From: Parachlamydiales bacterium | GTDB taxonomy: Bacteria > Chlamydiota > Chlamydiia > Chlamydiales > SM23-39 | Direction: 5' to 3' | NCBI GenBank assembly: GCA_963800655.1 | Contig: CAWDBT010000003.1 | Coordinates: 137,008 to 201,007, forward strand | Length of the DNA stretch: 64,000 nt | Shown: positions 38,784 to 47,775 of the stretch, piece after piece | Layout: each line of letters starts with the position of its first letter | Position numbering within the stretch: position 1 is the stretch's first letter | Position numbers and translations under genes: made by a program | The notes under the pieces: generated by a model | The model's input: the letters and a program-made list of their open reading frames with translations, nothing else | The model's database searches: none | Told to the model about the DNA's origin: nothing

Positions 38784-39254
38784 TCAGGGGTCGATTTCGC
38801 TCCTTTTGACGCTTCCGATCGAGATGGGAGCGACCGTTTTCAAGCGATAAGCTTCCATAAGTTTGGGATCGTTCAATCTCCCTAAAGTCCGAATTCCAAG
38901 TCCTAAAATGCCCAGTTGAATCGCAGAGTAGCCCAATAAACGGATCTGCCATCTAGCGATGTGCCGGGCCCACGGGCAGATCAACTGCACGGCGGCTGCG
39001 GTTTGAAGCGGGTAAAAGAAGACCGAAGCGGCGACCAGAGCTGCAATGGTGAATACAACAGCCATCGAGGGATTTTTCAATTGGCGGAGGGCGAAATCAA
39101 GGGGGAGCAATGTCGCTTTCGTCAATGTTTCCCCCGAGCAAATGAGCCAGTTCGATTGTTGCGGATCGGGTTTGGCCGGCTCATCGCCTGAAAATTCCCT
39201 GGCCAAAGCAAATACGGCAAAATCTCGGAAAGAATCGAACCCGGAGACGTTCAT
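38784..39254 (-). CDS. Hypothetical membrane protein (paralog B)
   Basis: Two hydrophobic segments. FFYP...GLGIRTLGRL motif shared with the neighbour. Confidence 0.7.
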   Translation of the reverse strand: MNVSGFDSFRDFAVFALAREFSGDEPAKPDPQQSNWLICSGETLTKATLLPLDFALRQLKNPSMAVVFTIAALVAASVFFYPLQTAAAVQLICPWARHIARWQIRLLGYSAIQLGILGLGIRTLGRLNDPKLMEAYRLKTVAPISIGSVKRSEIDP

Positions 39255-39712
39255 GCCCTTATATCAATGGGTTGAAAGATTGAGGAAGGGGGAATTTGTC
39301 GATAGAACTCGCGCATCAGATTTGCATTGCTGAATCGGCCGAAGGCTCGCAATCCGAATCCGACGATCATGACGCAAGTGGCGACATATCCGGGAAATCG
39401 AAGCTCGGGCAGGGTAGGCAATGGGAGCCAATGGATGAATTCTTTCGCTTTAAGCCAAGTGTCGAAAGGATAGAACAAAAAAGTATTCGCGATCCAGGAG
39501 AGCGCAGTCAGGGCGACGGTGATGACGCGCGGCTCTTTCATTTTTTCGCAAATGAGTTCGGGGAGTTTTTCCATCGGCCATAACAGCAAATCGCCGAGTC
39601 CTTCGATGTAATTTTTTCGATGGGGAAGGCAAACAGGGGAAAGCCCTAATTGGGCATGATTGAGAAAACGATCCCACAGGGTATCCTGGGGCTGAAAAAT
39701 GGCAAGACTCAT
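39251..39712 (-). CDS. Hypothetical membrane protein (paralog A)
   Basis: AAGGAG RBS before ATG 39712. LFYP...GFGLRAFGRF. ATGA overlap with paralog B. Confidence 0.7.
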   Translation of the reverse strand: MSLAIFQPQDTLWDRFLNHAQLGLSPVCLPHRKNYIEGLGDLLLWPMEKLPELICEKMKEPRVITVALTALSWIANTFLFYPFDTWLKAKEFIHWLPLPTLPELRFPGYVATCVMIVGFGLRAFGRFSNANLMREFYRQIPPSSIFQPIDIRA

Positions 39713-39805
39713 GGTAGAACTCCTTAAAAAAATAGAGAGCAATCTAACAAGCGCGTGTGATTTTGGCAATTGATTCTATGGCGGCAATTTAAGAAAAAAA
39801 GAGTG

Positions 39806-40630
39806 TTAACGCTCTTGAATATAAGAGTCCAGCCTTGCAAACCACCCGTTCAAATAGCGCTGCTCATTGCGTTGAATTGGGGCGTTTTGAACCCTTTTTT
39901 CCAAAAGTTTTTTAGCCGAGAGGACAAACTCTTTGACGGGATCCGCCTTGGGATCATCCGACATCTCGGTCAAAACCTGAAACAGCCCCCACCCAGTGCC
40001 TTGATACCGCTCTTGCTCAGACGTTCCATATCCCTTGAAATTCACATAGTCGATTAAAACGTAGAGGCCGTCTCTATGCTCGCGTATTTTTTGATAGCGC
40101 TGTGCGATTTTGGCTTTTTCCTTTTCAGGGGCATGCGCCGTGAGTTCTACGAGCGCTCGATCGACGCGCATCGAAAGAAACTTGGCTTGAAGGCCAACGG
40201 TGTTTTTCAAGATGGTTCGGAGTTCTTTGATTTTCCGGTCTCCTCGAGTGCAAGACCGCTGGAAATCGCGCCGGTTTTTCCACGGACAAAAGCGGGCGTC
40301 TTCGAGCCATCTCGGCAATTCGACTTTTTCGGATTGTAAAAAACGGATCAACTCGGGAAACGTCTCTACGAATTTCGAGCGGGATCCCGCCGGATGCCAA
40401 ATGAAATGGCCGATTCCCAAGGAGGCGAATTCCTCGCCGTCGTTCCAGGAAGTCAGCCCCTCGACGGTCGCAGCGCATTCGTTTTGCCAGACCCGCAATC
40501 CGACGCCCATAAGAGAGGAGTCATTCGATGCGGCGGGCTTGCCAGTTTCCGATTTCGAAGGAGCCGAATGGGCGAAATGAGGCGCGAGAAACGCTAAAGC
40601 TAAAAAAATGAATCGTTGCACAAAGTCCAT
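39806..40630 (-). CDS. Exported conserved hypothetical protein, possibly lysozyme-like
   Basis: Signal peptide, WQNEC...SWN.GEEFASLGIGHFIW, DYVNFKG.G, C-terminal YLNGWFARL. Confidence 0.65.
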   Translation of the reverse strand: MDFVQRFIFLALAFLAPHFAHSAPSKSETGKPAASNDSSLMGVGLRVWQNECAATVEGLTSWNDGEEFASLGIGHFIWHPAGSRSKFVETFPELIRFLQSEKVELPRWLEDARFCPWKNRRDFQRSCTRGDRKIKELRTILKNTVGLQAKFLSMRVDRALVELTAHAPEKEKAKIAQRYQKIREHRDGLYVLIDYVNFKGYGTSEQERYQGTGWGLFQVLTEMSDDPKADPVKEFVLSAKKLLEKRVQNAPIQRNEQRYLNGWFARLDSYIQER

Positions 40631-40794
40631 AAGTTTATCGTAGTCGAAACTTGTGTTTTTTCTCATCAGGAAACCCACTGAATGAATTATTCGGATCGAT
40701 TCGTGTTTTAAGATAATTTTAATTTTTTGCAATCTTGACGAATTTCGATCCAACAGATTAGTCTGCTTCTTTACGAGATTATGGATGGTGAAGA

Positions 40795-41385
40795 ATGGGG
40801 CTCGCTCATTGTTTTACATTGCTGAGGATTTTCATTAGCCCGATCTTTCCGATCCTCTATCTCGAATATGCCTGGCTCGGCATTCCCTTTCAAAGCGTCC
40901 CTTATTTGATGCTGGTGTTTTTGGGCATCTGCGAAAGTTCCGATTTAATCGATGGGTTTATCGCTCGAAGGCGCAACCAAGTCACCGATTTAGGGAAAGT
41001 TCTCGATCCGATGGCCGATAGCGTGACGCGCATCTCTCTTTTTTTGACGTTTACGCAAGGCAGCGTCGCTTTGCCGCTGCTATTGGTATTCGTGTTTCTC
41101 TATCGCGATTTTTTCATCAGCACTCTTAGGACTCTATGCGCATTGCGCGGAGTGGCTTTGGCGGCGAGGGTGAGTGGAAAAATCAAGGCGGTCATTCAGG
41201 CCGCGGTCTTATTTTTGATCATTCTGCTCATGATTCCCTACTCAATGGGAGTTTTGCCGCTGGGACTCTTTCAGCAAATCTGCTTGTTCGCAACCGCGCT
41301 CGCCGCGATTTACACAGTTGGATCCGCTTGCGATTATCTCTACGCCAATCGCCTCTATATTAAAAAAGCCCTCGAAGTTGCTTAA
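40795..41385 (+). CDS. pgsA: CDP-diacylglycerol--glycerol-3-phosphate phosphatidyltransferase
   Basis: SDLIDGFIARR.NQVTDLGKVLDPMAD. Confidence 0.92.
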   Translation: MGLAHCFTLLRIFISPIFPILYLEYAWLGIPFQSVPYLMLVFLGICESSDLIDGFIARRRNQVTDLGKVLDPMADSVTRISLFLTFTQGSVALPLLLVFVFLYRDFFISTLRTLCALRGVALAARVSGKIKAVIQAAVLFLIILLMIPYSMGVLPLGLFQQICLFATALAAIYTVGSACDYLYANRLYIKKALEVA

Positions 41386-41422
41386 GAGGGTGTTTACAAG
41401 GAGCGGCTTTGTCGACGCCCTC
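41386..41422. mobile_element. 37-bp IS5-end-derived mini element flanked by TAA/TAA
   Basis: TAA-GAGGGTGTTTACAAG...CTTTGTCGACGCCCTC-TAA. Ends resemble the TIR at 2901. Confidence 0.6.
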
Positions 41423-42981
41423 TAAATGGGGTTTTTTGCCGCCTGGCTTCTTCGGCGCGCCCAGGAAGAAAGGATCTGTGCTTTTTCTTTGCCGGTTTTT
41501 GTGAATGGAGCATTGAGCTGCCGATAGAGTTTCAGATATTCGGCTGCAGGCGACTTCCAGCTGTAATCGGCCTGGAGAGATTTTTTGATCATCCCTTGAT
41601 AGCCCGCTTTGTCCTGGAGAATGAAGGAGAAAGCTCTTTTTAACGCAGTTTTGAGTTCATCGGAAGTCGGAGCCTTGAAGACGAATCCATTCCGCAAATT
41701 CCGATCGATTAAACCGTCCTCGCAATCGAACACAGTGTCTTTCAGGCCTCCTGTCGCATGGATGATCGGAATTGCCCCGTAGCGCAAGCCGAGTATTTGA
41801 GTAAGCCCGCAGGGTTCCGAGAGAGAAGGGACCAAGATGAAATCCGAAGCTCCGAGCAATTGATGGGCTAGGACGTCGTCATAAGTGTATTGGAGAAATA
41901 CACGGGGATTGCCTCGATGGGTCTGCTTTAATTCTTCGAATTTCTGTTCGAGATCGAAAGAAGGAGCCGATCCGAGAAGCGCGAATGCGCCGCCCAACTC
42001 TAGAACCTGCTCGATCGCTTCGATCATTAAATCGGGGCCTTTTGCCGGAACAAGACGGGAAATGACCGAGACGAGGGGTTTCCCTCGGCAGTCGAGGTTT
42101 AGTGATTTCTGTAAAAATTCCTTGTTCGCTTTTTTTGCGTTCAGGATGGCTGCCGAGGAATCATCTGGGCGATATCGAGCGGTCAAATGGGGGTCGGTCG
42201 CGCTATTCCAGATCGTTGAGTCGATTCCATTCAGGATTCCAAGAGTTTTTTTTTGTTGGAGCAGGGAATGGAGGCCGCATCCCAATTGTTCAGTGAGGAT
42301 TTCCTTTGCATAGCTCGGGGATACGGTGGTCACTCGATCCGCATAGGCGATTCCGCCCTTGAGCAGGTTGATGGTTTGCGGATAGGCCGGATTCGGATCT
42401 TGCAAGCGGTCGGGAGTCAACAAAGAGTAGCCATTTAGACCTATGGCATCTAGATCCTGAGTTCCGCATTTTCCCTGGTATCCGAGATTGTGAATCGTCA
42501 GCAAGATATGCCGGATCGGAAGATCTTTGAATATAAGCCGCGCTAAAGGCGCGCAAATCGCGGCGTGCCAGTCGTGGAGATGGAGAATATCGATCGGCTC
42601 TCCTTTGAGTTTGAGGTATTCCAAAGCCGATTTACAGAAATAGAGAAACTTAGGGATGTCGTCGGGCTCCCCATAGATTTGTTTTCTTTGAAAATAGCCG
42701 CTGGGATGGCGCTCTTCCAAGAGGAGCAGTCGGCAATTTTCGACACATGCCGACCACATCGAATTTGAGATTGCCTTGCCCTTTTCAAAGCATGTGAAAT
42801 CGGGAGTTTCCAGCTTTAAATCGCAGAGCGCCGAAGAATCGATGAAAGAGTACTTGGGGAGAAGGACTTCCGTTGAAATGTGCTGGCGCGTCAATTCGCG
42901 GGAAAGGCCGAGGAGGACTTCTCCCAATCCGCCCGCTTTGGCGATCGGTGCAAATTCAGCGGCGATTTGAACGACTCTCAT
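41422..42981 (-). CDS. glgA: Glycogen synthase
   Basis: KAGGLG, HLHDWH, TIHNLGYQG, EPCGLTQ, TGGLKDTV. Confidence 0.95.
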   Translation of the reverse strand: MRVVQIAAEFAPIAKAGGLGEVLLGLSRELTRQHISTEVLLPKYSFIDSSALCDLKLETPDFTCFEKGKAISNSMWSACVENCRLLLLEERHPSGYFQRKQIYGEPDDIPKFLYFCKSALEYLKLKGEPIDILHLHDWHAAICAPLARLIFKDLPIRHILLTIHNLGYQGKCGTQDLDAIGLNGYSLLTPDRLQDPNPAYPQTINLLKGGIAYADRVTTVSPSYAKEILTEQLGCGLHSLLQQKKTLGILNGIDSTIWNSATDPHLTARYRPDDSSAAILNAKKANKEFLQKSLNLDCRGKPLVSVISRLVPAKGPDLMIEAIEQVLELGGAFALLGSAPSFDLEQKFEELKQTHRGNPRVFLQYTYDDVLAHQLLGASDFILVPSLSEPCGLTQILGLRYGAIPIIHATGGLKDTVFDCEDGLIDRNLRNGFVFKAPTSDELKTALKRAFSFILQDKAGYQGMIKKSLQADYSWKSPAAEYLKLYRQLNAPFTKTGKEKAQILSSWARRRSQAAKNPI

Positions 42982-43239
42982 GAGTCCTCATATAAGAAAT
43001 TTCCAACAGAATAGAAAGTTTTTTTTAGAATGCGCTTCCTCGATCGGGCGGCAGAATGGTGAAGTGTGATCTTATGTGCCTCTCCGTAAACTGTTTGCGG
43101 GGTGTTCTCTCGGAGATAAAAAGTTCTTCTCAAGGGAATTGGAGGTGCAGTTTTTTTTTCATATGTGGTAGTAATTGCTAAAAATTTCGGCCGTTCGTTA
43201 TGATAGCCCTCGTTTTTTAAGTTTCTCCACGGCAAATGC

Positions 43240-43311
43240 TGGGGTGTCGCCAAGCGGTAAGGCAGCGGTTTTTGGTACCGCCATGCGGAGGTTCGAATCC
43301 TTCCACCCCAA
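43240..43311 (+). tRNA. tRNA-Gln(UUG)
   Basis: Acceptor TGGGGTG/CACCCCA, anticodon arm GCGGT-TTTTGGT-ACCGC, GTTCGAATCC. Confidence 0.95.
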
Positions 43312-43323
43312 ATCTTTGGTTCT

Positions 43324-44265
43324 ATGGCAGAAGGTGAAAATTTTTGGTTGCTGTTTGCGGGATCCTCTAATGGGGATTTGGCTGATCAAATTGCTCGTGC
43401 TTTGAATATCAAGCTCGGCCGGATGGCAATTGAAACCTTTCCCGATGGAGAAATCGGGGTTCAGATTCTCGAGAACGTCCGGGGCAGGGATGTCGTTTTG
43501 CTCCAGTCGATCGCTAGGCGTCCCAATCATTATTTGATGGAGCTTTTGATCATGGTCGATGCCCTCAAGAGGGCTTCTGCTCGGAGCATCGTCGCGGTGA
43601 TTCCCTATTACGGATATGCGCGGCAGGACCGAAAAGACAAGGGTCGCGTGCCGATTACGGCTAAACTCGTGGCGAATCTGCTGGAGAAAGCGGGGGTGAC
43701 GCGCGTTTTGACGATGGATTTGCATACGGAGCAAGTCCAGGGTTTTTTTGATATTCCGGTGGATAATCTTTATGCGAGGCCGCTGTTGGTTCAGGCGATT
43801 CGAGGCTTAAAGTTAAAAGATCTAGTCGTTGTTTCTCCCGACGTGGGGAGCAATAAGATGGCCAGAAAGTTCGCCGAAGATTTGAAGGTCGATCTCGCGA
43901 TCGTCGACAAACGCCGCTGCAATGCGGATAGAGTCGAAGTCAATGCGCTGATCGGCGACGTCAAGGGGAAAAATGTCCTTCTGGTCGATGATATTTGTTC
44001 GACCGGAGGCACTTTGAAACTGGCGGCTAAAGTGTGTAAGGGAGAAGGGGCTAAGAGCGTATTTGCATGCGTTTCGCATGGGCTGTTGGTCAAAGGCGCG
44101 CTGGAGTGCAGTGAGATAGATCGGATCTATATCACCAATTCAGTGCCGGCCAACGATGCGTTTCGGCATCCAAAAGTCGAGGTTTTATCGGTCGCTCCAT
44201 TATTTGGCGATGCGATCCAGAGGCTTTTGACGGCGAGGTCGATCTCCTCTCTTTTCGCAGACTGA
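43324..44265 (+). CDS. prs: Ribose-phosphate pyrophosphokinase
   Basis: FPDGE, PYYGYARQDRK, MDLH, VSPDVG, VDDICSTGGT. Confidence 0.96.
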   Translation: MAEGENFWLLFAGSSNGDLADQIARALNIKLGRMAIETFPDGEIGVQILENVRGRDVVLLQSIARRPNHYLMELLIMVDALKRASARSIVAVIPYYGYARQDRKDKGRVPITAKLVANLLEKAGVTRVLTMDLHTEQVQGFFDIPVDNLYARPLLVQAIRGLKLKDLVVVSPDVGSNKMARKFAEDLKVDLAIVDKRRCNADRVEVNALIGDVKGKNVLLVDDICSTGGTLKLAAKVCKGEGAKSVFACVSHGLLVKGALECSEIDRIYITNSVPANDAFRHPKVEVLSVAPLFGDAIQRLLTARSISSLFAD

Positions 44266-44312
44266 AGAAAAACGGATGAAGATAAACTAAAGCAGCGAAG
44301 TAGGAAGAATTT

Positions 44313-44871
44313 ATGAAGTTGACATTAGCAAAACGAACGGGCTCGACAAAGGGCGAGATCAAGAAAATCCGACGAGAAGGGAATATTCCTGCGGTGCTGT
44401 ACGGATCTGGCTCTTCTGTGGAAAAAGTCTTTGTAAAAGGCGATGAATTCAATGCGATTTTGCGCAATCTGAAGCAAGGGCTGTTGCCGACTACTTTGTT
44501 TGATCTGGAACTCGAAGGGAAAAAATACCAAGCGGTCATTAAAGATATTCAATACAATGCAGCGACCTATGCGGTCGAACATATCGATTTGTTCCTGCTG
44601 TTCCAAAGACAAGCCCGTCTCCGTCAATGTGCCGATTCAGATTCTCGGGAATCGCTGAATGTGCCGGGAATTAAATTAGGCGGAACGTTGCGCCAGGTGA
44701 TTCGTTCTTTGAAAGTAGCCTGCCTGCCCCACCAGATTCCCAGCGAATTTCTACATCGATGTCCGCGAACTCAACATTGCCCAATCCAAGCGCCTTTCCG
44801 ATATTTCGATCCCGAGCAATGTAAAACCGCTTGCGCGAATGAACGAAGTGGCTGTGGTCGTGGCGAAGTAA
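44313..44871 (+). CDS. rplY: 50S ribosomal protein L25/Ctc (apparent frameshifts)
   Basis: RREGNIPAVLYG, HIDL, GIKLGG. The true C-terminus ends VAK* at 44871 in another frame. Confidence 0.9.
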
Positions 44872-44877
44872 TCGGAT

Positions 44878-45466
44878 ATGGCGGATGCATTTCTGATCGT
44901 CGGTCTTGGGAATCCCGGGAAGGCGTATGAGAAGACCCGCCATAATATAGGATTTCGCGTTCTGGAAAAGTTTGCGGAATCCGCAAGGTTGAATTTTCGC
45001 AAAAAGCTCTTGTCGAAGGAGCGATTTGCACAAGGAATCGCGCAGGGCAAGAAGGTGTTTCTCCTTCAGCCCGGCACTTACATGAATCTCAGCGGGGATG
45101 CTGTCATCCGCGCCATGCGCAAGCATGCCGATCGACCGTTGAGAGGTTGCTCGTCATCGCGGATGACGTGGCCCTGCCTTTCGGCCAGCTTCGGATTCGT
45201 GCGAATGGGGGATCGGGAGGGCACAATGGCTTGAAGAGCATTGAAGCCTCCTTGGGGACAAATGGTTATGCCCGTCTTCGGGTCGGAGTCGGAGATAGGC
45301 GGGAAGGAGATCTGGCGGATTATGTGCTGGGATCCATTTACTCCGGCAGAAGAGAAAGTCGTTCCTCAGATTGATCGGGGGAGCGGCCCAAGTGGTCGAA
45401 GTTTGGTTGACCGAAGGAATAACAAGTGCGATGAATCGCGCGAATGCCGTCAAACTCGGCATTTAG
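44878..45466 (+). CDS. pth: Peptidyl-tRNA hydrolase (apparent frameshifts)
   Basis: GLGNPG..Y..TRHNIGF, TYMNLSG, then GGHNGLKS and RLRVGVG in the next frame. Confidence 0.9.
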
Positions 45467-45511
45467 GGAGAGGTGTTTTGAAAGATTCATCCCAACCATA
45501 CAAGGAAAAAA

Positions 45512-45856
45512 ATGGTAAAGCAACGAAATGCCCTCTACGAGGGGATGTATATTCTGAGCGCGACGCTCAGCGATGACTCCCGCAAGAAGGCCTTTGACAA
45601 GATCCTCAACGGGATTACGGAAAAGGGCGGGAAGATTGAGAAAATACATGAGCAAGGCCGAAAAAAACTGGCCTACGAGATCGATGGCAAGCGCGAAGGG
45701 TTCTATTACGTCCTCTTTTTCCAGGCGCCGACTTCGACTATCAGCGAGCTTTGGAAGGAATACCACCTTCATGAAGACCTGATCCGGTTTTTGACACTGC
45801 GCGCAGAAAGCGTGCAAGAGACTCTCGAATTTAAACCGCTGAAACAGGCTCAGTAA
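45512..45856 (+). CDS. rpsF: 30S ribosomal protein S6
   Basis: YEGMYIL, GRKKLAYEI, GFYY. Confidence 0.96.
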   Translation: MVKQRNALYEGMYILSATLSDDSRKKAFDKILNGITEKGGKIEKIHEQGRKKLAYEIDGKREGFYYVLFFQAPTSTISELWKEYHLHEDLIRFLTLRAESVQETLEFKPLKQAQ

Positions 45857-45866
45857 GGGGGATATC

Positions 45867-46141
45867 ATGTTTCCAGCAACAACAAGAGCGCACCCGTCAC
45901 TCCTCGGCCAACCGGAGATTCGGTATTTGCGAAGAAAAGCAAATCCTGTCCTTTTACTGCTAATAAAGTAAAAGCGATCGACTACAAAGATCTCGAAACG
46001 CTCAAGCAGTTTATCACCGAACGAGGCAAAATTTTGCCCCGCCGGATCACTGGCGTTTCCCACTATTATCAAAACATCCTGAAGCAAGCGATCAAGAGAG
46101 CCCGTCATATGGCCTTGATTCCGTTTGTCTTGGAAGAATAA
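45867..46141 (+). CDS. rpsR: 30S ribosomal protein S18 (frameshift near start, absent from ORF track)
   Basis: Read manually: CPF...[26 protein letters not shown]...[13 protein letters not shown]. Confidence 0.93.
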
Positions 46142-46153
46142 AAGGAGGATCAG

Positions 46154-46682
46154 ATGAAACAACAGTTATTATTGCTCGAAGATGTCGAATCCTTAGGGAA
46201 AAAAGGGGAAGTCGTTTCTGCTCGCCCTGGATATGTGCGTAACTTCTTGCTGCCTCAGCGGCTAGCCGTAGATTGCTCCGTCGAATACTCTGCGCAAGCA
46301 GGAACGCCTTCGCCAAGAACGCGCGAAACAATCCGTAGCCGATCGGCAGGAAGCAGAGACGCTCGCCCAGCAGATCGAGACGCTTTCTTTGGAAATTCGC
46401 GTCAAAGTGGATCCCGAAGGACATATGTACGGGTCGGTATCGGCTCTCGATATTGCGCATCTTTTCCAAGAGAAAGGGCTGCCTGTCGAGCGAAGATATA
46501 TCCAAGTTTCCCGTCCTATTAAAGAGACCGGCGAACATAAAATTTCGCTTAAGCTCAAGGAAGGCATTCCGGCTTCTTGCAAGCTGAGAATCATTCCCGA
46601 AGGCGTGGTTATGACGGGCATCGAAAGCGTCGTGGCTCCTTTGCCTCCTGAAGAAGGCAAGGAAACGACTTCCGAAGCCTAA
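46154..46682 (+). CDS. rplI: 50S ribosomal protein L9 (apparent frameshift near 46270)
   Basis: LGKKGEVV...GYVRNFLLP, then GHMYGSV...PIKETGEH in another frame. Confidence 0.92.
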
Positions 46683-46693
46683 AAGCAAGGTGA

Positions 46694-46720
46694 GGATTCC
46701 GGTCTTTTTGGCCGGAATCC
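46694..46720 (+). terminator. Stem-loop after the ribosomal protein operon
   Basis: GGATTCCGGTC-TTTTT-GGCCGGAATCC, with only a weak U-tract. Confidence 0.5.
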
Positions 46721-46727
46721 GTCTTCT

Positions 46728-47585
46728 ATGACCTCATTTCGTTCCCGGTTTTTTTCTCCTGCGAAAATCAATCTGTTTTTCCGGATCATCGGCAAGAGAT
46801 CCGATGGCTATCATGAAATCGCTTCTCTTTACCAAGCGATCGATTATGGCGATTGGCTGTTGATAGAACCTTCTAAAAAAGATCAGTTCACATGCAGCGA
46901 TCCCGATCTCCCTATGGATGAGACGAATCTCGTTTCCGGGCGCGGCCTTTTCCGCTCTCATTTTCCCTGTCCAAGCGTTAGAATTCATTTGGAAAAGCGC
47001 ATTCCAATGCAGGCGGGTCTCGGCGGCGGCAGTTCGAATGCTGCGACCGTTCTTTGGGCCTTAAATGAGATTTGCCATCGCCCTGCTTCTGTAGACGTTC
47101 TGTGCAGCATCGGGGCTCAGATCGGCTCCGACGTCCCTTTTTTCTTTTCGACGGGAACCGCGTATTGCACAGGGCGTGGAGAGATTTTGCATCCGGTATC
47201 GATTCTCCCCATATGCGGGCGTTTGATAAAGCCTCCGTTCGGGACTTCGACGCGCGCTGTTTATGGAGAAGTGAGCCCCTCCGACTACTCGAAGGATAGA
47301 CCGGAAGAAGCTCTAGCCGGTTTTACAAGCTCATCTCCCCTCTGTTTTAACGATTTGGAGAAGGCCGCTTTTCGGCTCGATCCACGGCTTGCGCATTTCA
47401 AACGAGGTCTCTGCGAAAAAGGTTTGACTTCCCCGACGATGACAGGAAGCGGAAGCGCATTTTTTTGTTTAGGTTCGTCGATTCCAAAAATCGAAAACTC
47501 GATTCCTTTCCAATCGATCCAGAGATGCGCTGGCGAATGGTTTTCTCAGCCAGATCGCACAAGCTTGCGATGTAGTCAAAAGTGA
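46728..47585 (+). CDS. ispE: 4-diphosphocytidyl-2-C-methyl-D-erythritol kinase
   Basis: PAKINL, GYHEI, KRIPMQAGLGGGSSNAA, GSDVPFF, MTGSGS. Confidence 0.93.
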   Translation: MTSFRSRFFSPAKINLFFRIIGKRSDGYHEIASLYQAIDYGDWLLIEPSKKDQFTCSDPDLPMDETNLVSGRGLFRSHFPCPSVRIHLEKRIPMQAGLGGGSSNAATVLWALNEICHRPASVDVLCSIGAQIGSDVPFFFSTGTAYCTGRGEILHPVSILPICGRLIKPPFGTSTRAVYGEVSPSDYSKDRPEEALAGFTSSSPLCFNDLEKAAFRLDPRLAHFKRGLCEKGLTSPTMTGSGSAFFCLGSSIPKIENSIPFQSIQRCAGEWFSQPDRTSLRCSQK

Positions 47586-47620
47586 TATAGAATTTTCCCT
47601 GAGAAAAATCTCAAGCGATT

Positions 47621-47674
47621 CAGAGGGGGTTCTACAAAGAGCGGCTTCGTCGATTTTTGTAGAAACTCTCTCTG
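47621..47674. repeat. IS5-end-like palindrome related to the 41386 element
   Basis: CAGAGGGGGTTCTACAAA...TTTGTAGAAACTCTCTCTG, internal GAGCGGCTTCGTCGA nearly identical to 41401-41415. Confidence 0.55.
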
Positions 47675-47775
47675 TTCAGATGCTCATGCTCTCTCAAAGA
47701 AAAATTGCTTGAGTTCTCGCGGGTCTTGAAAGCGCCTGCATAATTCCACAAATGATGATGCAAAAGGTTTGTTTT

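Noticed and set aside
38673-39769. tRNA-Arg as a genomic island integration site
   Set aside because: No integrase and no duplicated tRNA 3-prime end were found in the window.
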